The translations under genes and the position numbers were made by a program. From assembly GCA_964243265.1 (NCBI GenBank), contig CAXTFY010000001.1:15556-79555 (forward strand): a DNA stretch of 64,000 nucleotides, given 5' to 3'. Numbering within the stretch: position 1 is the first letter of the stretch; the number at the start of each line of letters is the position of its first letter. This document shows, piece after piece, positions 16,966 to 26,323 of this stretch. The notes beneath the pieces were generated by a model. The model saw nothing but the letters and a program-made list of their open reading frames with translations, was not told the DNA's origin and did no database searches. The stretch is from an uncultured Acetobacteraceae bacterium. GTDB taxonomy: Bacteria > Pseudomonadota > Alphaproteobacteria > Acetobacterales > Acetobacteraceae.

Positions 16966-17796
16966 ATGAGGTCCCCCATGCTCCCTTTTGCCGGCGCTGC
17001 CGTGCTGCTGACCCCCGCTGATGTCGCTGCCGCTGCCAAGCGTCTAGCCTGCCCTGTCGCAGGCGTCACGGCGGTCCGGATCGTGGAGACCGGCAACAGC
17101 GGGGGCTTCCTGGCCGATCGGTCCGGCCGGGCGCGCATCCTGTGCGAGGCCAAGTTGTTCGGCGACGACACCGAGCACGAGTACGACGCCTCGCATCCCC
17201 TGATCTCCTGCCGGGTGAACAACTGGAAGCTGTACCAGGGGGGTGCAGCCGAGTATGACCGCCTGGCGGCGATGGTCGCGCTGGACCGGACGGCGGCCCT
17301 CCGCAGCACGTCCTGGGGCATGTTTCAGATCCTTGGGCGCAATGCGGCCTCGGTCGGCTACATGGGCGTGCTGGGGCACGCGGCGAACGTCGAGGCGTTC
17401 GTAGCCGCGATGGCGGCCAGCGAGGGGGCGCAGCTCGCCGCCTTCGTCGCGTTCGTGGAGGTCAACGGCCTGGCGAACGCCCTACGCACCGGGGATTGGG
17501 CGGCTTTCGCGCGCGGCTACAATGGGCCGGATTATGCGGTCAACCACTACGACACGCGGCTTGCGTCGGCGTTCGAGCTGGCGTCAGGGGTGCGGCCCCT
17601 GGTGCTGCGCATCGGCTGCACCGGCCCGGGCGTGGTGGCGCTGCAGGCTGCGCTGACGGCTGATGGCGAGGCGGTCGGGTGTGATGGTGACTTTGGCCGG
17701 GTGACGGAGCTGGCGCTCAAGCGGTGCGAGTCCAAGCGCGGGCTTGACGTGGACGGGATCGCCGGACCTGCCGTGTTGAAGGCGCTGGGGCTGTGA
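16966..17796 (+). CDS. endolysin: N-acetylmuramidase-like (DUF3380-type) plus PG_binding_1 domain
   Basis: 'STSWGMFQILG', 'ARGYNGPDYAVNHYD', and a C-terminal 'GPGVVALQAALT...DGDFGRVTELALKRCESKRGLDVDGIAGP' peptidoglycan-binding repeat. Confidence 0.8.
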   Translation: MRSPMLPFAGAAVLLTPADVAAAAKRLACPVAGVTAVRIVETGNSGGFLADRSGRARILCEAKLFGDDTEHEYDASHPLISCRVNNWKLYQGGAAEYDRLAAMVALDRTAALRSTSWGMFQILGRNAASVGYMGVLGHAANVEAFVAAMAASEGAQLAAFVAFVEVNGLANALRTGDWAAFARGYNGPDYAVNHYDTRLASAFELASGVRPLVLRIGCTGPGVVALQAALTADGEAVGCDGDFGRVTELALKRCESKRGLDVDGIAGPAVLKALGL

Positions 17797-18227
17797 CCGG
17801 TCCATCGGGCCTGCGGGTGTATCGCAGCCACAAGGAGGTGCAAGCCGGGGAGATTATCGGGGTGGACGCCGTGGCGCTCACGCTGACCGTCGCCGGCGCG
17901 GACGGCACGCCGCAGCGGTGGAAGGGCCGGCCGCAGCTCTTTGCCGAACGGGTGCCGGAGGTTGGCGACTGGTTCATGCTGTACTCCGACGGCTACTGGA
18001 GCGTGTCGCCGCGCGTGGCGTTCCTTCAGGGCTACCGGGAGGTTCCGGTTCCGGTGTTCGAGGTTCTGCCGCCAGGCGCGGCGCTGATCGACGTTGTTCT
18101 GTCGGCCGCGGAGCTGGAGGAGTTCCGCAAGCACTGGTTCCGGATGATGGCGGAAAGCCGCGACACGATCGTTGCCCCTGTTGTGGGGCAGTTCGAGATC
18201 CCGTGGACCCCGGGCGTGGCTAGGTGA
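17793..18227 (+). CDS. hypothetical protein (lysis cassette)
   Basis: GTGA overlap with the endolysin gene. 144 aa. Confidence 0.5.
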   Translation: MTGPSGLRVYRSHKEVQAGEIIGVDAVALTLTVAGADGTPQRWKGRPQLFAERVPEVGDWFMLYSDGYWSVSPRVAFLQGYREVPVPVFEVLPPGAALIDVVLSAAELEEFRKHWFRMMAESRDTIVAPVVGQFEIPWTPGVAR

Positions 18228-18595
18228 CGACGCCGATGCGCCGCCGCGGGGAAGCGAATTACGTGGCCGATGGCGAGTCCGACGGTTGGGCGGCCGGCAC
18301 GGATGCGGACCCGGTTGGCACGCGCTCGCCTGGCGAGGAGTCCATCTCGCGCGGCCACGAGGCGGTGATGCGCCGGGTGGCGCGTGAGCAGGTCGTCCGT
18401 GGCTGGGAGGAGGTCGGGGTAAATTTCGGCGAGTTCAAGGAGCGGCAGGAGCACGCGAAGCTGTTGGAGTGGATCAGGTCGCGCAAGGCGAACGTGGACG
18501 CGGGCTGGAGCAAGGCCATGACGACGGCCGTGGGTGCAGTCATCTCGGCGGCCGTCGCTGGCCTGATCGCGTATCTCACGGGGGGCCACCGATGA
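18224..18595 (+). CDS. membrane-anchored protein (C-terminal TM; holin/spanin candidate)
   Basis: GTGA overlap. C-terminal hydrophobic 'AVGAVISAAVAGLIAYL'. Confidence 0.45.
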   Translation: MTTPMRRRGEANYVADGESDGWAAGTDADPVGTRSPGEESISRGHEAVMRRVAREQVVRGWEEVGVNFGEFKERQEHAKLLEWIRSRKANVDAGWSKAMTTAVGAVISAAVAGLIAYLTGGHR

Positions 18596-19131
18596 ACGTC
18601 TTGCACTCGATCCGGCCGTTTTGGCTGGCGTTCGTGCTCTGGTGCGGCTTCGGCGCCCTGACCGGGCTTGGCGGCGTCTATGTCCTCTCGTTGCGTGCGC
18701 CGGTTTTGCTGGTCGCCCTGCGGGAGGTTGACGGCCTCGCGGTGCGTGGCGGCTCGCTGGATATGCTGTTCACCCTGCGGCGCACCCGGGAGTGTGACGC
18801 CCATGTGGACCGCTGGATGTGGCAGCCGACCGGGACAACCGACCGCTTCGGCCGGGAGATCCGGCGCTACGTGAGCCTGCCGCCGGCCGCCAACCCGCCG
18901 ACCGAGAACGGCATGGAGACGACCTACGTGTTGTCTATCCCGCTGCCGAGCAACGTGATCCCCGGGGATTGGTTCTACCGGTCCCGCACCTATGACGGGT
19001 GCGGCTGGCTGCCAGCGATGCAGCGGCCGAGCCGTCCCAGCCCGGATGAGCCGGTGCACATCGGCGATGCGCCGCTGGCGACCGCGGTGCCGGCGCCCGA
19101 GCTACTGCTTCCTTCAACCGACCATCCATGA
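18592..19131 (+). CDS. membrane protein (N-terminal TM; spanin-like candidate)
   Basis: ATGA overlap. N-terminal 'FWLAFVLWCGFGALTGLGGVYVL'. Confidence 0.45.
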   Translation: MNVLHSIRPFWLAFVLWCGFGALTGLGGVYVLSLRAPVLLVALREVDGLAVRGGSLDMLFTLRRTRECDAHVDRWMWQPTGTTDRFGREIRRYVSLPPAANPPTENGMETTYVLSIPLPSNVIPGDWFYRSRTYDGCGWLPAMQRPSRPSPDEPVHIGDAPLATAVPAPELLLPSTDHP

Positions 19132-19550
19132 GGCACGCCATGTCCATCACTCTGGCTGATATGAAGGTTGGATACGCGCTGCTGTCCGATCGCTACCCGG
19201 CGTTGCTGGCGTGGCTGCGGCAGACCAGCACGATCGCCGGCCTGATGGGCTTGGCGGGCGTGGTGGCGTCGCTGATGACCGGGCAGGCGGACATTGCCAC
19301 GTCCATCCCGATCATCACGGCATCGCTGGTGGGCCTGCTGCTGCCGGGGCATCCGGAGGCGGCGGCGAGCGTGCGCCAGGCGGCGGTTGATGCCGTGCAG
19401 CTCGCCCATGTCGAAACCCGTGGCGCGGCGTTGCGCGCGATGCCGGCGGACCTGGTCGAGGTCGCCAATGGGCTGGGCCTCGATCCTGCAGCCGTTGCGG
19501 CCGGGCGCGCGTCCGTTGGGCTGGTGGCGAAGGGAACAACCCCGGGCTGA
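19128..19550 (+). CDS. two-TM membrane protein (holin-like)
   Basis: ATGA overlap. Two hydrophobic segments (IAGLMGLAGVVASLM and IPIITASLVGLLLP). Confidence 0.45.
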   Translation: MRHAMSITLADMKVGYALLSDRYPALLAWLRQTSTIAGLMGLAGVVASLMTGQADIATSIPIITASLVGLLLPGHPEAAASVRQAAVDAVQLAHVETRGAALRAMPADLVEVANGLGLDPAAVAAGRASVGLVAKGTTPG

Positions 19551-19728
19551 CAAATACAAACGCTAGTCCAGCACACTAATTGTCACCAACAGAGACAAAC
19601 ACCGACGAACAATTACCAACTCGTTTGACTTGCATCCTGTTGTAATGCCTCACGGTTTCGTGTGGCTTGTAGGTCGCAAGTAGCCCATGTGGACAGGACA
19701 GTAAAACCCACCTGGCGGAGACCTCCCA

Positions 19729-20223
19729 TTGGCCGAATTGGTGATGATGGACTGCCCGACGCTTGCGCTTCGGTTGTCCACGGCTGGGTGTGGTCGGATG
19801 TTCACCGCGGCGCAAACCCGCGATGTGACGGCCTGGGATAGGAAGGCGGCGGCCTGCAAGTTCTGCCCGATCGGCGCCCGCAACGCCGGCGCCGTGGTGG
19901 AGCCGATGGCCAAGAGCCGCAGCGAGATGCGGCTGATCTGCCCGCGTTGCACGCGGCAATCGACCCGGCTGATTATGGGTCTGCACTGCATCTCTTGCTA
20001 CAACCGCGCGCGGGAGGCGCGGCTTGGCATCAACGCGAAAGGGACGCGGCCGGCGCTCTCTGACACGCTGCACACGGTCACGGTGGCGGTGCGCGAAGGC
20101 CTGGTTGCGGCGGTGCGGCAGTCGGGCACGGTCGCCGGCCGTCCGGAAGCGATCCTTGCCATGGCGAAGCGGGCGACGAGTACCATGGCGTTTTCCCTGG
20201 CGCCGCTGGGCTTCGCCTCGTGA
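19729..20223 (+). CDS. Cys-rich zinc-finger protein
   Basis: 164-aa ORF with several CxxC pairs (CKFCP, CPRC, CISC). GGAG 8 nt upstream of TTG 19729. Start uncertain (ATG 19744 is an alternative). Confidence 0.45.
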   Translation: MAELVMMDCPTLALRLSTAGCGRMFTAAQTRDVTAWDRKAAACKFCPIGARNAGAVVEPMAKSRSEMRLICPRCTRQSTRLIMGLHCISCYNRAREARLGINAKGTRPALSDTLHTVTVAVREGLVAAVRQSGTVAGRPEAILAMAKRATSTMAFSLAPLGFAS

Positions 20224-20534
20224 GCCTCACATGCGCGACGGCGTCGATCGCATTGGCGGCGGCGTCATCGGGGACGGCGTTCTACATCATCGACCACGCC
20301 TGCCGGCATTGCGGCGGCCGGGTGCTGCGGGCGGTGCAGGACGGCGACCAGTACCGGTGCGCCTCCTGCAAGGCGGTCACGATGGGCGGCCCGGCCGGGA
20401 TCTGCGGCTGTGGGCTGCTGCCGGGCAATCGCGCGGGGATGCGCCGGTTCCACTGCGGACCGAACCCGGATGAGGGTCCGAAGTCTCCAAGCGAGATCGC
20501 GCTTTTGTTCGGCGACCTGCCGGTGGCGGCATGA
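20220..20534 (+). CDS. zinc-ribbon protein
   Basis: GTGA overlap. 'CRHCGG...CASC' motif. Confidence 0.45.
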   Translation: MSLTCATASIALAAASSGTAFYIIDHACRHCGGRVLRAVQDGDQYRCASCKAVTMGGPAGICGCGLLPGNRAGMRRFHCGPNPDEGPKSPSEIALLFGDLPVAA

Positions 20535-20695
20535 TGGCGCTCCTCGCCCGGGCGGCGCTGGAGCTGCAAGGGGGCGTGCTGCTGGCGTGCGTTCGGCACG
20601 GCCTGGCGTGCGGCCTGGTGCGTGATGAGCTGGCGGGCCTGGTGTGCCGGGTGGCGCAAGAGGCGGGGCGCATTCTGGATGCGGTGGCGCCATGA
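20531..20695 (+). CDS. small hypothetical protein (54 aa, below ORF-track cutoff)
   Basis: ATGA overlaps at both ends link 20220..20534 to 20692..21042. Read by hand from the sequence. Confidence 0.3.
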   Translation: MMALLARAALELQGGVLLACVRHGLACGLVRDELAGLVCRVAQEAGRILDAVAP

Positions 20696-21042
20696 GCGGC
20701 ACCCGGCCAACGGGCTTGCGGCCCGGCGTGACAATCATGTGCGACCGCCGGCAGGTGTTCGGGGCTGATGGCAGGCTGATCCGGCTGTCGGCGGCAATGT
20801 ATGAGCTGCTGCTGGTGCTGGCGGAGGCGGACGGCCGCACCGTGTCGCGCGCCGACATTACCGACCGGTTGCAGCGCAACATGCAGCCACCCGCGGAGCG
20901 GCACATAGATCGGGTCGTGCACGAGCTGCGCCGGCGCTTGCCGCCGGACCTGATGGGACGGAGGTTGATCCAGACGGTCCATTCGGAGGGCTACTTCGTC
21001 CGGCCGGGCGTGGTGCAGCTCTACGGGCAGTCCTCATGCTGA
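20692..21042 (+). CDS. receiver-less OmpR/PhoB-type winged-helix DNA-binding protein
   Basis: 'RLSAAMYELLLVLAEADGRTVSRADI...HIDRVVHELRRRL...IQTVHSEGYFV' follows the Trans_reg_C pattern end to end. Confidence 0.65.
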   Translation: MSGTRPTGLRPGVTIMCDRRQVFGADGRLIRLSAAMYELLLVLAEADGRTVSRADITDRLQRNMQPPAERHIDRVVHELRRRLPPDLMGRRLIQTVHSEGYFVRPGVVQLYGQSSC

Positions 21043-21350
21043 TCTGCGGCCCCATCGTCATCCACCCGGAGCGGCGGCAGGTCTTCACGCTGCATGGCAA
21101 GCCGATCCCGCTAAGCGGCGCCTTGCTGAATGCGCTGCTGCACCTGGCGGCGGCTGACGGCCAGGTTGTGAGCCGGCTGGAGTTGTCGGCCGCGGCGCTG
21201 GTCGGCGGCATGGAGGCCGGCGAACGCACCCTCGACACCTTGATCTGCGGCTTGCGGCGCCGCCTGCCGCTGACCGACGAGGGGCAACGGGTCGTGCTGA
21301 CGATCCGCAACGTCGGCTATTGGATGAAGGCGCCGGTGCGGCTGCCATGA
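21036..21350 (+). CDS. second receiver-less OmpR/PhoB-type winged-helix protein
   Basis: 'PLSGALLNALLHLAAADGQVVSRLEL...LDTLICGLRRRL...LTIRNVGYWM' has the same Trans_reg_C layout. 7-nt overlap with the first. Confidence 0.6.
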   Translation: MLICGPIVIHPERRQVFTLHGKPIPLSGALLNALLHLAAADGQVVSRLELSAAALVGGMEAGERTLDTLICGLRRRLPLTDEGQRVVLTIRNVGYWMKAPVRLP

Positions 21351-21679
21351 TCGCGCTTCTCGGATCGAGCGTCTGCACGGTTATCTTGCTTTGCACCATT
21401 GCTGGCATCCTGGTGGTCCGGTGGCTGTTGCTGCTCGGCTGGCTCCATCTGTCCGCAAAGCGGAGAGACACCGGCAAATTGGTTGTTTTCGGCCAGAACC
21501 AGTCGAAGGCCTTGCTGCTTGCCGCAACGATCCTGCTGCTCCTCGTCACCGGGCTGGTCAGCGGGCTTGCGGGGATCGAGGTTGGCTGGTTCGGCGGCCA
21601 GGTGAACGCTGGTATCTCCGGGACACCGTTGTTTCGGGTGCACCTCGGGGAACCATCGGCGTGCGGGGTCGCGCGATGA
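21347..21679 (+). CDS. small multi-TM membrane protein
   Basis: ATGA overlap. Hydrophobic segments (LLGSSVCTVILLCTIAGILVV, ALLLAATILLLLVTGLV). Confidence 0.45.
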   Translation: MIALLGSSVCTVILLCTIAGILVVRWLLLLGWLHLSAKRRDTGKLVVFGQNQSKALLLAATILLLLVTGLVSGLAGIEVGWFGGQVNAGISGTPLFRVHLGEPSACGVAR

Positions 21680-22777
21680 CGGTGCAGCTCCTCGAAGGCG
21701 ATTGCATGGAGGTGCTGCGGCGCCTGCCGGCGGATAGCCTGCACGCCTGCGTCACCGACCCGCCGTATGGGCTGGAGTTCATGGGCAAGGAATGGGACGC
21801 GCCCTGGCAAGCATCCTCGATGTCGCCGCTGTTCGGCAAGCGCAAGACCGCGATGCCGGGCTTTGGCGCCAACCGCAACGCCTCCTGCCGGACCTGCAAG
21901 GGGCGGCTACGCGGGGCGACCGCGTGCGGCTGTGAGGCGCCGGTTTGGGATGAGGACCCGCGGGCTACCCACAACCGGCAGATGCAGGGGTTCCAGGCCT
22001 GGTGCCAGGAGTGGGCGGAGGAGGTTTATCGCGTCTTGAAGCCGGGCGCGCACCTGCTGGCGTTCGGGGGAACGCGGACATTTCACCGGATGGTGTCCGG
22101 GATCGAGGATGCCGGCTTCGAGATCCGGGACTGCATCCGCAGTGAGCAGGAAGCGGAGGCGTGGCCGGGCTGGGTGTATGGCTCGGGGATGCCGAAGTCG
22201 CGCGACCTGGCCAAGGCGATCGACTCCGAGGGCGGGACGCCGGGCAGCTATGGTGATCCGAAGTCAGCGGCGCACGCCGGCTGGATTGCGCGCGGCCGAA
22301 TGCGCGGCCCGGCGGATGCCGACAACGAGGAAGGCTGGCAACGGCCATGGATGGCGGACGCCGACCAGGTCGGCAATGCCGCGCGCCGGGCCATGCGGGG
22401 CTGCTGCGCCATCTTCGGGGCCAACCTCGCGCGGGATCAACGGCAGCGTCGCGCACGGGGTCCGCAGGGGCCTAGCTCAGGGGCGGGCGCCAGCGTTCCA
22501 CGCCGACACCGGCAGTCCCGCCCGGTTCTTCTACAGCGGCAAGGCGACCAAGGGCGACCGGGCGGGCAGCAAGCACCCCACGGTCAAGCCGGTGCCGTTG
22601 CTGCGCTACCTGGTGCGCCTGGTGACACCGCCGGGCGGTCATGTGCTGGACCCGTTCGCCGGGTCGGGCACGCTGGGAGCGGCGGCCCTGCTGGAGGGCT
22701 TCGACGCCACGCTGATCGAACGCGACCCTACCTATGCGGCGGACATCCGGGCGCGGTTCCTGCCGGTGGCGGCATGA
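21676..22777 (+). pseudogene. N4/N6 DNA methyltransferase split by a +1 frameshift
   Basis: The frame from ATG 21676 carries 'DPPYG' (about 21757), 'AFGGTRTF' and 'YGSGMPKS'. The C-terminal motifs 'ARFFY', 'HPTVKPV' and 'DPFAGSGT' are in the next frame and end at 22777. The shift lies somewhere in 22250-22500 (best guess about 22435-22445). Confidence 0.65.
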
Positions 22778-23004
22778 CGACCCACCCGGCCCGCCGGCGG
22801 CTGCAGGTCAACGCCCTGCATAGCGTGCTGCTGGTGGTGTTGGCCGTCATGGTGGTGTGGACGCTGATCCGCGGCACCTCCGTCAAGGTGAGCTTCGGGC
22901 CGCCGAAGGCGCCGGCGCCGGCGCTGTATTGCGCGAAGGACCCATGGCTTGCGGGGCCGGAGTTCATCCCCTGCCGCGACCGGCGAGACGCGCCGTGGAC
23001 ATGA
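22774..23004 (+). CDS. small membrane protein
   Basis: ATGA overlap. 'VLLVVLAVMVVWTLI' TM segment. 76 aa. Confidence 0.4.
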   Translation: MTTHPARRRLQVNALHSVLLVVLAVMVVWTLIRGTSVKVSFGPPKAPAPALYCAKDPWLAGPEFIPCRDRRDAPWT

Positions 23005-23558
23005 GCCTTCACGCGGCGCCGGAGTATGGCGATCCCGTCGGTCCCGAAGACTCCTTTTACCCGGCCGCCGAAGGCGAGCTGGAGCCGGGCGCGATCGCGG
23101 CCCGCCTGGTCGCCGACGTCGAGGATTTCGCCGAGGTCCGGATGGGTGAGCCATCCATCGTGTTCCTCATGCGCGCGAATGAGAAGCTGAAGGCCGGCCG
23201 GCGCGTCCTCGGGATGATGGCCACGGTTCGGTTTCAGGGCGAGCTGGGGCCGATCGCGGAATGGATGCTTGCCAAGCTGTGCGGGGGCCTGCCCGATTAC
23301 ATCATGGTCCTGGACGCTGCCTGGTGGGTCCAGGCGGCGCCGATGCAGCGCGAGGCGCTGGTGTTCCACGAGCTATGCCATGCCGAGCACGCGCGCGGCC
23401 GGGATGGCGAGCTGAAGTTCACCGAGGCCGGGCTTCCGGTGTGGGGCATCGTCGGGCACGACCTTGAGGAGTTCCATCGGGTCGCGGCGCGGTATGGAGC
23501 CTGGTCGCCCGACATCGTGAGCTTCATCGCGGCGTTGCAAGCCGGCAACGCGATCTAG
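23001..23558 (+). CDS. putative phage metallopeptidase (HExxH)
   Basis: 'ALVFHELCHAE' zinc motif. Sits just upstream of the terminase genes, as in the 'putative phage metallopeptidase' family. Confidence 0.55.
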   Translation: MSLHAAPEYGDPVGPEDSFYPAAEGELEPGAIAARLVADVEDFAEVRMGEPSIVFLMRANEKLKAGRRVLGMMATVRFQGELGPIAEWMLAKLCGGLPDYIMVLDAAWWVQAAPMQREALVFHELCHAEHARGRDGELKFTEAGLPVWGIVGHDLEEFHRVAARYGAWSPDIVSFIAALQAGNAI

Positions 23559-23561
23559 CGC

Positions 23562-24266
23562 GTGGCCGGCCCTCCCAACCCGGTCCGCGCCCAGGCGATG
23601 ATCTACATAGCGGCCGAGGTGGAGCGCGTGGGCGCCGCCAAGGTGGACACGGCCGCCATCGTGCGGCGCTTCGTGGCGTTGGGCGCCAGCAAGAGCCGCA
23701 TCCATACGTGGATCGGCGAGGCCAAGGCGGAGGCCACGGATGAGCGGCGGTCGGTCCGCGCGGCGGCGGTGAAGCGTGTCGCGGCGGCGCAAGCTGCGCA
23801 ATCGGCGTCGATGCTGGAAGCCGAGATGGTCGCGGCCGAGGTGGCGATGGTGGCCAAGGGGCTGCAGGTGGAGATCCCGCCGGCGGCCGTGGTTGCGGGC
23901 GACGCGGCGAAGGCCGAGTTGGGGCTTCCGGCGCTGGCCGAGGCGCTGGCTCTTGCGGTGGTGCCCGGCGGCGCCCGGACCGTGCTGGCCGGCCTGCAGA
24001 AGGTCAACGACGCGATGCTGGGGGTGCTCGCCTACTCCCATACGCCGGACGGCAAGGTTCGCAACGCCAAGCTGGTGATCGCCTCGGCCGACGCGCTGCG
24101 GCGGTGCCTGACGGACAGTGCGAAGCTGTATGCGTCGGTCAACAACATGCTGCTGGTCGAGCGGTTTATGATGGAGGTGACGGCCGTTCTGCACCGGGCG
24201 GACCCGGCGATGGCGATGCAGGTGGTGGAGGGCATCCGGGCCGTTCAAGCCCGCTGGGCGGCCTGA
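23562..24266 (+). CDS. putative terminase small subunit
   Basis: Call by position only (immediately upstream of TerL, overlapping by 1 nt). Helical, Ala-rich. Start uncertain (GTG 23562 or ATG 23598). Confidence 0.4.
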   Translation: MAGPPNPVRAQAMIYIAAEVERVGAAKVDTAAIVRRFVALGASKSRIHTWIGEAKAEATDERRSVRAAAVKRVAAAQAAQSASMLEAEMVAAEVAMVAKGLQVEIPPAAVVAGDAAKAELGLPALAEALALAVVPGGARTVLAGLQKVNDAMLGVLAYSHTPDGKVRNAKLVIASADALRRCLTDSAKLYASVNNMLLVERFMMEVTAVLHRADPAMAMQVVEGIRAVQARWAA

Positions 24267-26323
24267 TGCTGGACACGTCGATGGAAGCCGCCATTGCGGC
24301 GGTGTGCGACGTGGCGTTGCTGCGCTTCGTCGCGCAAGCCGGGTTTGACCGGCGCGGTTCGATCCCCGACGCGATGACGTTCCGCGAATGGTGCGACATG
24401 CTCGGGGCGGCCGGCCTGCGGGTGGACGGCCATCCGTTCGAGCTGCGCAACCGCCGCGCGATGCACTTCATCTACGACCTGATCCCCACCACGATCGCCC
24501 AAGCCTACGGGCGGACCGTGGTTATGATGAAGTGCGCGCAGGTCGGCTTTACCGTTCTAGAGATGCTGGCGACCATCTACATGGCGCTCAAGTTCGAGCC
24601 GTGCACGATCGGGATGTATCTGCCCGACGCCAAGCTGGCCGGGATGAAATCCACCCTCCGCTACATGCCGATTTTGCGGCTGGTGCCGGACGCCTATTCA
24701 CGCATGACGGAAGACGATCCGGCGACCGGGCGGCGGCGCCAGGGCGAGGGAAACGTGCTCACGCGCCAGCTCGCATCGAGCATCGTTTTGTTCCTGTGGA
24801 CCAGCGGCAAGGCCATGACGGAATCAATGCCCATGGATGTCCTGTCGTACGACGAGGTCCAGGGTATGACGATCGAATCCATGGAAAAGACGCGGGAGCG
24901 TCTATCCGCCTCACGCATCCGCTTTACGCTGATGGGCAGCACCGCCAACTGGCCGGATGCGGATATTCACTTCTGGTTTAAGCGCGGCACGCAGCACCAG
25001 TTCCACACGAATTGCCGGGCTTGCGGCGGCACGCAGATCATGGATGAGCATTTCCCGCCGGCGAAGGATCAGCCGTCTTGCATCGGCTTTGACGCGACCC
25101 GGAATGACTGGCGATACCAGTGCGTCGCGGCGGACTGCCGGGCGTGGATTGATGATGCGCAGGACGGCGAGTGGATTGCCGCGAACCCAGGAGCGGTGAA
25201 CGACGAGGGCAGGGGCATCGAGTCCGTGCACTTCCCGCAATTCCTTTCGCCGACGATCACGCCGCGGGAGATGTTGGAGTCCTACAACAACGCGACCGAC
25301 CTTAAAAACTGGTTCAACCGCAAGGCCGGCAAGCCTTTCACCGATCCGACGCAAGTACCCGTCACCTTGGAGCACCTGCGGGCGTGCGCGGCCGAGGGCA
25401 TCAAGGCGGGCTTGGTGTGGCGCAAGGCAGGGACAAACACGGTGATGGGGATTGACAACATGGGAGGCTTCTCATGTGCGATCATCCTTGACCGGATGCC
25501 GAACGGCGGCATGGCCCTTGTCCATTGCGAGCAGGTGCACGCGCTGGACCCTTGGGCGCGGCTGGATGAGCTGATGCGGGACTACAAGGTGTCCGTGTGC
25601 GTGGTCGAGCAGCTTCCCAACTACGACTCTGCCAAGGCGTTCGCGGCGCGCTGGCGCGGCCGGGTGTTCCTGGTCGCCAGCTATGCCAAAATCGAGGACA
25701 ACATGCTCCGGTGGGGCGACGCGACGCAGAGCAAGGCCGATCGCAAAACTGCGATAGAGCACCGCGACCGGTTCACCGTGACGCTAGACCAGTACAAGAT
25801 GATGAGCTTCGCGTTCGGGCGGCTCACGTCGCGCGAGCTGCTGACGCCTGATCCCAACCTGCTCACCCAAGAGATCCTGGTGAAGGGCTTGCGGAAAACG
25901 GTGCCGCTGCTGTCCGCGGTGCTGTGGGACCATTTTTGCCGCACGGCGCTTGTCACCGAAAAGGACCCGGAAGAACACAAGGTCAAGCGGTTCGTCCACA
26001 AGATCGGCATCGACCCCCATTTTAGCTTCGCCCTGATGATGGCGTGCGCGGCCTGGTGCCGGTCGTACGGGACGGCGACGTTCATCATGCCGGACACGGC
26101 GCCGGCGTCGTCGCTGCCCAACGAGCGCGCGGCGCAGGCGGCGGCGCAGGCGATGCCCGGGCTGCCCGACAAGGTGCTGGGCTACATGCAGGACCTCCCG
26201 CCGTCGGTATGCGGGCGGTGCACGTCATTCGCGGCCGGGGTGTGCACGGAACGCGGCTTCAACGTCGGTGCGAAAGACCCGTCGTGCCTGATCTACACGC
26301 CGAAAGGACCGAACGATGGATGA
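24266..26323 (+). CDS. terL: terminase large subunit, lambda GpA-like
   Basis: 'VVMMKCAQVGFT' Walker A-like and 'VLSYDEVQ' Walker B, then a Cys4 segment and a C-terminal nuclease-size region. The ORF is trimmed to ATG 24266 (TGATG junction). Confidence 0.8.
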   Translation: MLDTSMEAAIAAVCDVALLRFVAQAGFDRRGSIPDAMTFREWCDMLGAAGLRVDGHPFELRNRRAMHFIYDLIPTTIAQAYGRTVVMMKCAQVGFTVLEMLATIYMALKFEPCTIGMYLPDAKLAGMKSTLRYMPILRLVPDAYSRMTEDDPATGRRRQGEGNVLTRQLASSIVLFLWTSGKAMTESMPMDVLSYDEVQGMTIESMEKTRERLSASRIRFTLMGSTANWPDADIHFWFKRGTQHQFHTNCRACGGTQIMDEHFPPAKDQPSCIGFDATRNDWRYQCVAADCRAWIDDAQDGEWIAANPGAVNDEGRGIESVHFPQFLSPTITPREMLESYNNATDLKNWFNRKAGKPFTDPTQVPVTLEHLRACAAEGIKAGLVWRKAGTNTVMGIDNMGGFSCAIILDRMPNGGMALVHCEQVHALDPWARLDELMRDYKVSVCVVEQLPNYDSAKAFAARWRGRVFLVASYAKIEDNMLRWGDATQSKADRKTAIEHRDRFTVTLDQYKMMSFAFGRLTSRELLTPDPNLLTQEILVKGLRKTVPLLSAVLWDHFCRTALVTEKDPEEHKVKRFVHKIGIDPHFSFALMMACAAWCRSYGTATFIMPDTAPASSLPNERAAQAAAQAMPGLPDKVLGYMQDLPPSVCGRCTSFAAGVCTERGFNVGAKDPSCLIYTPKGPNDG

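Noticed and set aside
21391-23004. Single 537-aa ORF spanning the methylase region
   Set aside because: It is a composite. Its first 95 aa overlap the membrane-protein gene. Its middle is the methylase N-terminal part. Past about 22450 it is Arg/Gly/Pro junk, while the real methylase C-terminus is in the next frame. Its last 76 aa are a separate ATGA-coupled gene.
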